64,000 bases of DNA from Antedon mediterranea (lineage: Eukaryota; Animalia; Echinodermata). Below, piece after piece: positions 52,105-64,000 of this stretch (positions are counted from its first letter, which is position 1; the number at the start of each line of letters is the position of its first letter). The notes under the pieces are model-generated. The model had not been told where the DNA came from. It saw nothing but the letters and a program-made list of their open reading frames with translations, and did no database searches. The position numbers were made by a program, and so were the translations under genes. The stretch is taken from NCBI RefSeq assembly GCF_964355755.1, contig NC_092679.1, positions 6,044,201 to 6,108,200 on the forward strand. Direction: 5' to 3'.

Positions 52105-52673
52105 TATTTACAGTAACCTCTAAGCAGGCAATACTACTGTATAATATTATACTGTAGTGCTACTGTAATATTACTGTAATATTACTGTACCTTTATAAAG
52201 TTATAAGTATTCAACCTTGGTAATTTTTAACCACTGAACTGTACTATTGTACAATAATTTTCAAAATGAAGAACCTTTGACATATTAAATTGCATTCTGT
52301 AAAAGGTTTTGCATCCTGTAATAATGTAACTTACTGTACATATTAATACAGTATACTGTACTGTACTGTACAGTAACAGCCTTAGACAGTAGTTTAATGG
52401 TAAGTCAACATCTGAAAGTTTACCAGACTGTACAGTAGTGCAGGGCTGTAGCAACCAGTACTGCTAATAAGGTTTCAACCTGACCACTTTTTCACAGAAG
52501 CCTTTGACAACCCAGTGGTTTGAACAGAGATTGTTTCCTTTTCTTGTGAAAATCGGACCACTTTATTTCTCGTGGTTTACAGTACATCCCTGTAGTGTAT
52601 TCTCATATTTAAAATTTCAAAAAAATAATTTATTTGCAGCACCATTGTCTCTTGTGTTTTAACATTCTTTACT

Positions 52674-52993
52674 TTTCAATTATCAATATTATATGGAATT
52701 ATTATGTTGCAACTACAGTATAGATTAATCTCTCGATTTGCTAAGAATGCCAAAGGTCAATATTGCACAAGTGAACATTATGTATTCAACATGCCACTGT
52801 ACATAGAACAGTTGCTGTTGACTTTGATAAATCACACGTAAAACAATTATGATCCGTAGAAAGTTCTCTCTTTTAACTAAATTATCTGGTTAATGGAATC
52901 CAATCAGCAGTTCGCTTTTTCTAACTTTAAAGTTGCGCCACTGAAGCGCTCTCATTAGTTCATTAGTTGAAACATGACTGTTTCGATTAGATG
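52674..52993. repeat. 320-bp segment duplicated at 54227-54345 plus 55014-55219
   Basis: Near-identical sequence; the second copy is split by a LINE fragment. Confidence 0.9.
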
Positions 52994-53855
52994 AAATTAT
53001 TCAAAATAATAATGTTTTAAGATGAACTTGCATTGAACTAGTGAACAAGCAGTTTTAAGCTGTGTGTTGTGACATGCGTGAAAATTTGATATAAATCTAG
53101 TATAGTAATTCTTTGCTGTTGTGTGTAATCTCATATTTTATCAGTGATCACAAACTATGTATATTAAAATATCCTGTACGTGATACTTGATGCATATTAG
53201 CAATTTGTCTACCATACTAATATGTGTGTTATATTAACAAAAAATGTGTACAGCATGTTATTTGTAATTTACAGTACTTACTATTTCTACAGTACAGTAC
53301 AGTAGTACTGTACTTTACAGTATTATTGTTGATTATTTAAAATTTCATAAAAATTATTCAGAATCAGAATAATTATATCAAGCCATCTTAAATATTTACT
53401 ATTGCCGTAGCGAGTTGGTAATGATGATTGACCGTAGGCATACAGTATTATATATTAATAAATGGAGCAAAGACCCTTCAGAAATAGAATACACAATTGG
53501 AAATTGCCTACAGTATGTTATCAAGATTGTCTTTTCTCTTTAATTATACTACTGTATATTAATACAGAACTTTCCCAACAGGTACAGTAACATTTAAATA
53601 ACTGTATAATTGAATTGTAGTATCGCATACTTATCATGCCTAAATTACCTGGATAAACCAACAATAGTTCATACTCTCTCAGGGGACAAAATGATAAGTT
53701 GGACATCCCTCTGTTATAATAGACTCTATATAATAGACTTTGGAGAGTTGAATATACAGTACAGTACAGTATCGGCCATTAAAATATCAGTAGTTCTGCT
53801 ACATGTACACAGTATTTTGCAGATACAGTACCATACTGTATGAGTACAGTGGACA

Positions 53856-54226
53856 GCACAGTATTTTTCGGGGGAACAGTAATTGTACAGTAGTTTTCGG
53901 AGGAACAGTATTGTACAGTTCGGAGAACAGTATTGTACAGTAGTTTTCGGAGAACAGTATTGTACAGTTCGGAGAAAAGTATTGTACAATATTTTTCGGA
54001 GGAACAGTATTGTACAATATTTTTTGGAGGAACAGTATTGTACAATATTTTTTGGAGGAACAGTATTGTACAATATTTTTCGGAGGAACAGTATTGTACA
54101 ATATTTTTTGGAGGAACAGTATTGTACAATATTTTTCGGAGGAACAGTATTGTACAATATTTTTCAGGGAACCAGTATTGTACAGTAGTTTTTTAGTGAA
54201 CAGTATTTTTCGAGGGAACAGTATTG
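53856..54226. repeat. 28-bp minisatellite (GGAACAGTATTGTACAATATTTTTCGGA); resumes at 55220-55312
   Basis: Direct periodicity; explains the repetitive ORFs on both strands. Confidence 0.9.
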
Positions 54227-54345
54227 TTTCAATTATCAATATTATATGGAATTATTATGTTGCAACTACAGTACAGATTAATCTCTCGATTTGCTAAGAA
54301 TGCCAAAGGTCAATATTGCACAGGTGAACATTATGTATTCAACAT

Positions 54346-55013
54346 AACTTTCATGGAAAGTATATATTGATTCTATATGTGCAAAACTATCAAAAATTCT
54401 ACATCTGTTTTATAGATTGAAAAGTTTTACATCTCCTAAAATTATTAAAAGATTATACAATGCTCTATTTTTATCACTTTTTGACTATTGTTCAACAGCC
54501 TGGGGTACTGGTTCAAACGCCCATATTTTAAAATTGCAAAGGGTACAAAATAGAGCTGCACGATTATTTCTAGGTGCTGATATTCGAACTCCTGTTAGAC
54601 AAATACATTATGATTTAGGTGGGCTAACAATTAAGACAAGAATTGAATATCATATAATTTGTACAATATTTAGATGTTTACAAGAATCTGTACCTTCATA
54701 CTTATGTGATGTTTTGCAATATATTAGTAGTGTACACAATATTCAAACCAGAAACTATAACTAAATCACTTGTTAAGATTCAGTTATTGTTGCCGGTGGT
54801 CTAGGATGGTTGCAGTGAAATATATTTAAATATGGTATAAAAGTTATAATAATAATGAGAACATGCATTGAAGTTTAGTTTAAGTTTAGTTTAAGTTGTT
54901 TTCAAATTTTGTATACTGTAAATGTGCCGTAGGGCCCCTCGGAAGAGCAGTTTTATTTATAACTGAGAGGGCTACTGTACCCTACTGAAAGAAAACGAAA
55001 TAAATAAATAAAT
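54346..55013 (+). mobile_element. 5'-truncated LINE (CR1/L2-group, Crack/Daphne-like): ORF2 C-terminus and 3' tail
   Basis: RLYNALFLSLFDYCSTAWG...LQRVQNRAARL...PSYL...HNIQTR is a typical post-RT C-terminus; 3' hairpin region and (TAAA)n tail; AACAT duplicated at both ends. Confidence 0.85.
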
Positions 55014-57188
55014 AACATGCCACTGTACATAGAACAGTTGGTGTTGACTTTGATAAATCACACGTAAAACAATTATGATCCGTAGAAAGTTCTCTCTTTT
55101 AACTAAATTATCTGGTTAATGGAATCCAATCAGCAGTTCGCTTTTTCTAACTTTAAAGTTGCGCCACTGAAGCGCTCTCATTAGTTCATTAGTTGAAACA
55201 TGTCTGTTTCGATTAGATGTTCAATATTTTTCGAGGAACAGTATTGTACAGAAGTTTTCGGAGAACAGTATTGTATAGTATATTTCGAGGGAACAGTATT
55301 GTACAGTATTTTTTCAATTTTATATCCAAAGGACATTGAACCAGATAATTATATACAGTAGTCCTTGGATTTAATAAACAAGTTGTTTTTATTATTTCTA
55401 ATTGACATATTTAATTAATCTATTGAAACCTATTGAGGAAATTGCAATTAGTGTTCTTGTCATAGCAGTTTAAAAGTGCAATAAGTAAACGGGTCATGAC
55501 CATATGCCGATGATTGGGAATTTGTTCAGCCATCTTTTAGTATATTTTTGAACCACTACATTCTTGTTTTATAATGAAAATAATAATTCAACATTAAATT
55601 AGTTTCTATCAATGGTAAATGCAATACAATAAAAAGAGTGGTAATTTATAATGAGACAATACAAAAATACCATTAATAGAGGATCTTGCAAGAAGAGATT
55701 TCTTGTCACTCAAGACCCATAAAATGGTACATGATGTGGAATGGTTTTACTAGAGGACATGGTTCGTCGCACTTTTATCCGATAGGGTGTTCTATTTTCT
55801 TTTCGTAAGTAAAATGTATTCCTCTTTTTGGAGATAGCGGCTATTGGCTTATCCAGGTAAAGCAGGCACAGTATATTGTACACACCAACACCTGTGTATT
55901 TTAATAGTATTGTACATCATTCAAATGTTTATTACACTGTTTTTGTACAAAGTCCACTGTATTTATTTTAAATATCTTCTTATGTTCAGTAATGATTCAT
56001 CAGTTTTCTTGTCTTCCTATCAAATCTTTTTTATAATATTATTTTAGCCTCGGGAGCCAGAATTTAAGTAGCATAATGATATGAACACACCATTTTCTAA
56101 GTTCATGTCTAGCTTTGTACATTATCATCACCTAATATTAAGATGAATCACCGTTCTGACTTGAACTAATCCGCTGTATGATGTGATAAACATGGAGAAT
56201 ACAATGTAAATGACCTGCTAACAACATAACAAGATTTACTACTAGATGGAAAATGTACTAGAATATAATATTGAAGTTTCTTGAGATTTGCCAGACTATA
56301 CTGTATAGTCTACTGTAGATACATCTCTTAGGCTGATTTTCCACTAGGCGAATTTTTTCAACGTTTCGAAGAGAAAAAAATCGCCTACTCTCTTTCCACT
56401 ACATGAGCGAATAGCTGCGACGTTCATGTTCCTCGCGTGGTTGCTGATCTTTTCGATTCGCATGAGTGCTCATGAAAGGGTCATAGCCCATATCCTGAGC
56501 TCTGATTGGTTGTGCAATATTTGCTTCGCAAAAAGTAGAAACAATTCAAACTAGTAAATTTCGCTGAAGCTAAAAATCAAAGGAACTAGAATTCGTTGAA
56601 GAAGAGAGTATGACAGACAAAAACTTGAATGCGCATAGCATGACACTTTCGATTTGCGTGAACAAAAATCGGCTTTACATTTACATTATGTATGTACAGT
56701 ACAGTAGCAACTATCCAAAAAGCTTGTGGGAGGCTGTTAAATGGTTTGTGTGTGACTCAGTAAAAAACAACAAAGCTACACCTTGAATAAACTTAAGTAC
56801 TGTACTGTACCCACCTCTTTATTTCACTAACTTACAATTAAATTTACAATACCTGTATGGACATAATTTCATGTTTTTGTCTGCGGTTTTACTGTAGTTT
56901 TGGAAAATATACATTGTGCACATTTATATCATCATGTTACCACCAAGCTACAGCTCCACTACTTTATTATTAATTATTATTGATTATTGATAATATTGTA
57001 TTAAACGACCAAAAGATAGAAACTACTGTATATAGTTTTAATGTATTGTATTGATATTTTTAATGTTTTATATATTGTATGTGTTTTTAAGCATCAAGGA
57101 AAACCAATTTCATGTTTGCCTTGTTGTGTTCATGACAATAAAGATTTATATTATCTTATCTTACGTAATGAATTTCCCATAATAAAGT

Positions 57189-57267
57189 AGTGGAGCTGTA
57201 GCTTGGTGGTAAACGTGCTTGCCTTCCAATCCCAAGGTCCAGTGTTCATTTCTGACCTAGTGCCAGG
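57189..57267 (+). mobile_element. tRNA(Gly-like)-derived SINE head; inverted copy at 59872-59954
   Basis: GGAGCTGTAGCTTGGTGGTAAACGTGCTTGCCTTCCAATCC...GTTCATTTC. Confidence 0.6.
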
Positions 57268-58382
57268 GATGTACTGTACAGTACCACGCCCTAAGCCCTC
57301 AAATGCGACTATAGTTTATTAGAAATTATTAAACTTTCACTATTATATATTCATATTTTAGTCTACTCTGTAGCAATGTTAGTATACTTATAGGCATACG
57401 GGAGTCACGACTTAAAGTTCAGTGAACTTACTGTGACTTCCATCCACCCACATTTTATATATGTTATGTAAATGTAAATGATATATATATATACATATAT
57501 ATATATAAGTGAGTGGAAAAAAATAAATAAACGAATAAACGAAACGAAAATAGTTTATCCATCCTGTAATTGGTGAGTTACTTGCTCCTACAGTACTATT
57601 ATATGTACGTATGAAATATTAAAATAAATGTCTCTCCTTTTGACTGTAATAAATTGTCTTTATACTCCTTGTGTTCTAAAGTATTATTTTGATATATATA
57701 TTTTCAAACTCTATTGTTTACTAGTTTACTTGTATCCGGAGCTCAGCAGTGCTGGGTCCGGAGTCGAGGCTAGGCTATGCCTATAAGCCCCTCTTGATAA
57801 TTACATCAACTCTTGAATATGGCGCAAATTTTAGAGAGTGGTTGGACCATGCCCGTTCAAGACCTGACTTAAATTGATTGGTTGATCTTGCAGATACTAC
57901 ATCCTCCGATAACAAATTCCATAGTAATAACGAATTCCATAGTATAACGAATTCCATAGTAAAAGAAAAGTATTGCCTTTAGACCATCTACTGCATAATA
58001 ATAATAATAATATAACAGCAGTATCTACAATATATGTACTGTACTGTGTGATAAAACCAATGTATTGTTGAATTAATCATTCCAAGATTAATAGTGTTAA
58101 CTCATAACCATATCCCACAGTTTACCAAAATTTACTTTCTGCCTTTGCGTAGTATTTTTTAGATTTTAAATCCATTACTTCCTGCCACATCGGTTTATTC
58201 TTAGATATTTTTCAAAATGGATTACAAGATTAGATGGATTAAATTTCAGGATTAGTTCATAACCTCTAAGGCATTCAAAATGTTTGAATTGGCACCAGAA
58301 AAGTTAGGATTTATGGTTCAAATTAGTTTTCAAAATGTGTACTGTACAGTAGTACGACAGTAAAAGCTACTTTACAGGATAC

Positions 58383-58778
58383 ACTGTATGCAGTACATAG
58401 ATTACTGTATACAGTACATGTATTACTGTATACAGTACATAGATTACTGTATACAGTACATGTATTACTGTATACAGTACATGGATTACTGTATGCAGTA
58501 CATGGATTACTGTATGCAGTACATGGATTACTGTATGCAGTACATAGATTACTGTATACAGTACATGGATTACTGTATACAGTACATAGATTACTGTATA
58601 CAGTACATAGATTACTGTATACAGTACATAGATTACTGTATACAGTACATGTATTACTGTATACAGTACATAGATTACTGTATACAGTACATGTATTACT
58701 GTATACAGTACATGTATTACTGTATACAGTACATAGATTACTGTATACAGTACATAGATTACTGTATACAGTACATGG
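58383..58778. repeat. 21-bp minisatellite (TACAGTACATAGATTACTGTA), about 19 copies; resumes at 59600-59643
   Basis: Direct periodicity; the unit contains an internal TACAGTA/TACTGTA inverted pair. Confidence 0.95.
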
Positions 58779-59599
58779 GGATATGACCGGTTGGGCCGCC
58801 GACAAGTTGAGCCGCCGGTAATTTCTATGAAACGCCCAGTGCGTCTTTTACGACATTTCGCGTAGTGATAGAGGGGTGTCCTAGTACATAAGTTCATGGT
58901 CTTTAGGTTTATTGTGTCATGAAAATAAATAATAATTACATACTACAATTTTGTTGGTTTGAACAGCCATAACAACACAGCAAAGGAAAGTAGTCATATT
59001 TAATAATTTAATTGTTTTTAATCTTTCAAATCTTTCAAATTCTTTCAAGTGCAGTGCACTCCATAATATTTTTCTCGCGTAAAATCATGTTGTCTCTCAG
59101 GACTAAGAGTATTGATACTCTTCGAATGAGGTTAAATAATAATTATTTTTTATCTACTATCTTTTAATATCATATTTTATTGAATTTTACAATGTTAATA
59201 CTCAAAATATTTTACTAAAAAACGGTGATTTTATGCAATTATTTTACCGAAAAATGGAGTAGGCCTAGTTCATACAACTGCCGCCTAAGGGGGCAACATG
59301 TTTACGTCAATTTTGGCTAAAAACGATCATTTTCGGTCATGTTTTAGGCCTTATATTTTGGAATCTACAAGTCAGATATTCATAATTATTTCTCTTTAAT
59401 TATAATATTTAATAATATATACTAAAAACCGTGATATATAAACTTTGGAATATGCATCGTTATATCTAATAATTAATATAAATAGAACTTCTATTAAATA
59501 GAAACGAGCACCGGCGAAAGTAAGCATTTGGCGTTTCATAGAAAATAACGTTTTTCTGGCGGCGGCTCAACTTGTCGGCGGCTCAACTTGGCCTAATCC
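58779..59599. mobile_element. MULE-like non-autonomous element (9-bp TSD) inserted in the minisatellite
   Basis: Imperfect TIR of about 38 bp, GGAT...GCCGCCGACAAGTTGAGCCGCC / GGCGGCTCAACTTGTCGGCGGC...ATCC; AGTACATGG on both sides. Confidence 0.75.
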
Positions 59600-61677
59600 A
59601 GTACATGGATTACTGTATACAGTACATGGATTACTTTACAGTAGCCGATTATAATGCTCAATGTGCCCTGTGGGAAGTGAAAAAAATAATTTAATTTAAC
59701 TTGATGCAGGCTATTAAAATCAAAAATTAAAGTTAAAAATGTGTTTATTTTATAGGCATCCAATAGTGAGGAACTCGGCAATTACAGGATGGATAAACTA
59801 TTTAATAATTTATGGTGCTTATAAACTAAGTCTCATTTGATGCTTAAAGATTAGAGTTGAAAGAGTTACAAACCTGGCACTAGGTCAGGATTGAACCCAG
59901 GACCTGGGGATTGGAAGGCAAGCATGTTACTTAACTACCAAAGTACAACTCCACACAAATTTCAGAGTTAACACACACCCGGGCATCCACACTGGTGTGC
60001 ACTGCCTTGATGTGTGTGGAGTTTTGCTAGGCAATGTGGAATGGGTAGTACCGTAGTTTAGTCTTAAAGGAGTCGTGCCAAATGTCTTTCATTATTCTAT
60101 AAGGGGTTCATTATAGTATGAAAAATTATTCGCATAAACTTTTTTACTTTACAAAAGTACAATTTAAAACAGAAGAAACTTAGTTCTTGGTGATCAGTAA
60201 ACTGGACGAAGAAAGCAAATATTGATTTTGTGACTGAAATTCCGACAGAGTGGTCAGTGACCTTAAGATTATATTTGAATGATGATAATTAGAGCCAACA
60301 GATCTGATGGTTTAGTGTTCTCATAGGCATGTTAAAGGGACAAAGTAATTTTACATTTGTCATTTTGTCTACAGTAATTTTTGTGTTTACCATGAGGACA
60401 ATTATTAATATCCACTTAAAATTGGCACAAATTTGTTTGATATTGATAAATTTCTAGCACTGAATAAAAATGGATATGTACCGTAGGCCTGAAAAAATTA
60501 CAGTGGCTATTAAATCGCATAAATACAAAATCTGTGGTTAATAAAAGGTTTATGTTTATACATTATGGAAGCTAGACTGCATGGATGAACAGAATAACAA
60601 TAGATTAATTGAATGTATGCTGTTTCCTATTACTACTACGGTAGTTTGTTTTTAACAAAAGGATGATACAATACTGTACTGTAAGAAATAAAAACCAATA
60701 TATACTTGGTTTTAATTAAATTTTATGTAAATACTCAATTTATTTATAACATTTGGTATACAGTATTCCCAACATTTTAAGACGTTATTGACTTAAATAG
60801 ATATATAAATATGGTAGAAAAATAAAAGAAAAATGAAATATTAATTTACGATGAGGATAAATTGATGACTCCAAGATTGAACAAGCAGATGTTGAACTCC
60901 AGAAAGAGACTGGTGTTATTTATATCACTCCCGAGCCAATAGACGGAATGGATCTTCAAGTTTTATTAACAACTGGTTTTTGCAATCAAATAATTATTCT
61001 CTCCCAAGATGCTAATTATTTCTAAAGTCAAGGTTAATATCTTAATCAATTGCCGACAACAAAAGTACTTGCATATTTTAAAACCGATTAATTTCTAAGA
61101 TTAGTATTTAATACTTTGCATAACAAAGAAATTATATATGATTTGTTGTTTTAAATATTTATATTTTGTTCATTTTTTTTCCTACAGAAGTGAATAAATT
61201 AATTAATAACCTACAACAGTATTAAAAGTTAGGCCTATTTAAATTTCTTTATTTTTGTATGTTTTTAGGGGACAATAAATCTAACAGTAGGCCTACCGTA
61301 CTATAGATGTTATACATGTTTTGAGGAAGGCTACAATAGTAGTGCAAAACAAGTTGTTCTTGGTTAATACAAAAATATTTTATTTATATTGCACATGTGT
61401 TGAGAGAAAGACGAGAACAAAAACAGGTGTAGGGATCATAACGCAAGTTGATGGTTTCTTATGTTCAAATGGACAGTGAGTCATTCTCTAAACATGCTCC
61501 TCGTGAGGAAAATATGTAATTCTCTTAAGATTGCTGCGTTCAACTTTCTTGATTTGTAAACTACTCAACCACAGACCAATTATTATTAATGCCTAATTAT
61601 TACTGGTCATTGGATAACATGTAAGTTATACAGTGTAAAAATAATGGCTGGTGTGCTGTGTAGAGTAGGCTTATTCA

Positions 61678-62100
61678 TTTCAATGTTTATTTATTTAATC
61701 TTTCTTTATTCTGAAATACACTTTCAATACAATGTACTGATTTCCAAAGTGGTTCAGTTCTTAACTACATAAATGTAAACAAAATACAGTATATAAATGG
61801 ACAAAAGAAAATATAAAATTAAACCTAAAATTATCAAAATCAAATTAACACAATTAAAGTAAGCACATTTAAAGGTAAAAACATAAATAATTATGATTTT
61901 TAAACAAGCTAAAAGAAGTTTTAATCATTGAGCATTAATTAGATTTAGTTTTGAATTAAAATTAAAGTTTTGAAATTTGTGATTTGAAAGTTGATACTGT
62001 CATATCATAAAGATCATTTTTTATTATGTTAGGTAGAAAGTTCCATAATTTTGTAGATCTGTAGTTATATGGGCTATACTTGGTAAGAACACCTATAAAG
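61678..62100 (-). mobile_element. LINE 3' end fragment (CR1/L2-group)
   Basis: Minus strand encodes YSPYNYRSTKLWNFLPNIIK (LWNxLP motif), followed by an AATAAA/(TAAA)n tail. Confidence 0.55.
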
Positions 62101-64000
62101 AATATTAGTACACTATTAGAATCTAAGTATTGTAGGCTTACTGTAGTAACATTTAATCATTTTAATGAAAAAATGTTATAAGAATTCTTAATAGATTTAC
62201 TATAAAAACAAATGTTGACTACAGAAAGAAATAAATATATGAAAAATATTTTTAAAAAAGAATAAAAATCTAGAATTTTACAAATAAGAACAAATATACC
62301 ATGATTAAACAATATCATTTCTATACCATAATTAAAAAGTGTACAGTTTAAAACGCTAAATTCATTCTTTCCATTTTGAAATGTTGGCTAGAATTATTAC
62401 AATTTTATATTCAGAATATAGCAAAATAAATAATATATACTATTTTCTTTTAAAGTTTTCATCATGAATCTTCTTTTCATAAAAGCAGATTGCTTTTTAA
62501 AAGTAACTGTAAAAAATTTGTGTTTCATTCTTTGATATATTTTAACAATACCCATAGTTTCTTTTTAACTTATTCTTCTCATTGATAAAATTTGGGCGAA
62601 TTTGTGGAATTACCTGGCAATGATACTGTCGTCTGCTAATTTCAATGCCTCTTTGTTAAGTTGTTAATAGACATGGTTTGTTTGTAAAGCTTGCGGCAAG
62701 TTAAAAACGATCTTCTCATATGCTCAATAAATTGTTCAAGGTGAAATTAGTATATTGGTTAAACATTGTTCCTTCTTATTAATAGAATTTGATTAAATTT
62801 CTTTAAAAGAAACAAAACAAAGTACTGTAGAATAAATCGGCATTTTTTGTTGCTATTTTAAACGTTTTCTCCAATATTTATTGACTTCTGAAGTAAAAGA
62901 AGATGTGTGCTGAATAACTATTCATTTCAATTGCATTCATATTCAAGAACAATAGCATATTATTTTTATCTTGCTTGAAAATACCTTTAGACTGGCATTG
63001 ACCCTTGACCTGCTACTGTACTTTACAGTTTTATCAGTACGATCAAGGCGAAAATATAATACATTTTGTAATCCTAAGAAAAGAACAAGAACATTTATTT
63101 AGAAGGTTCAGTTTTTATTGATAACAGAAATCAAATATAAGCTAGAAAAAAATTCCATGCGTAGATTCACCTGGATAAACCTAACAATATCATATTCTGG
63201 AAGAGAAAGGTAAAACTAAAAAATTCATTGAACACCCCTTTCTATAAATGGTTTAGTCCATGATTCAAATGAAAGCAGCTAAGCATTAGATATCTTGGAA
63301 AACATTGTACAGTTTCTTTTTTTTGGATAAAATATGAATATGTTTTAATAATGATAATTGAAATATACCATTAGTAATTATCATTTACATCCACAAACAA
63401 AATGCAAACAAATTTACAAGATTGCATAAAAGTGCAACTCCTTTGTCCCGCAAAATTGGGACTGACTTAATGGGATCATCATTAATAATCATTATTTTTA
63501 GCCACAGAGTTAATTACTTTAAACCGAGAAGTTCGTGAAATGATCACTCAAACTTGTCATGCTTCGTCGGCCAGCCGTAGAAAAAAAGTTATTGAAAATA
63601 AATCAATCTGGTTTTACATTGATGATGTTAATACATTTGAACTCCAGTGACCTTTCACTGATCCAAGACATACAGAATAAAACATGGTTAATCCTGTGTA
63701 CCCTGTGATGTGGTTTTTATAACTGGTGCATACCAATTTGTCCCTGAGCCAAAGTAACGTTTGTACTTTTAGCTGTTGTACGTGACATTATCTCCAGGTA
63801 TAGACAGTTACAACAAAAGGAGTTGCTGCAAAAATAGCTGTGTGAATTTCGTCTCTTTTGAATGATTATGAGTTCAATTCTACTGCTCTTCTTTTAACTT
63901 GAATTTTAAAGTATTTTAAATGTGTTTTAATACATTTATCTTACAAAGGAAGACAACTTTTTGTATTTTTATTTACAATGACAACGAATAAAGTTATTTT

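Noticed and set aside
53726-54297. Overlapping ORFs on both strands
   Set aside because: Generated by the 28-bp minisatellite.
58323-58897. Cys/Tyr-periodic ORFs
   Set aside because: Generated by the 21-bp minisatellite.
50256-64000. Further PTK7 exons
   Set aside because: No phase-1 exon with Ig-like sequence found; the gene most likely continues beyond the window, although a short exon could have been missed.

Overview
AT-rich animal (invertebrate, probably deuterostome/echinoderm-like; this is inference) genomic DNA with spliceosomal introns and two plus-strand genes. (1) About 77-38567: a type II transmembrane protein. Seven phase-consistent constant exons (34329-38567) encode an NPxY/Cys-rich juxtamembrane tail, one TM helix, a coiled-coil stalk, a 6-triplet collagen segment and a 6-Cys C-terminal domain I cannot name. 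Upstream lie about 11 short ATG-initiated candidate alternative first exons in two tiers. Six phase-1 exons (77-14181) fit a shared Pro/Tyr-rich exon (21527-21866), and five phase-2 exons (27197-33521) fit the first constant exon directly. This predicts a variable-cytoplasmic-tail / constant-ectodomain receptor system, the main finding. (2) From 42610: the first two coding exons (signal peptide and first Ig domain) of a PTK7/off-track-like receptor that continues beyond the window. Introns and intergenic DNA hold many non-autonomous mobile elements: Kolobok-like, hAT-like with 5-bp TSDs, pogo/Tigger-like, MULE-like and Harbinger-like elements, a solo LTR, Deu/Nin-type and 5S+tRNA chimeric SINEs, LINE 3' ends and hammerhead-like motifs. 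There are also several minisatellites and abundant TACAGTA/TACTGTA motifs that look like transposon excision footprints. All gene models were read by eye and have no transcript support.
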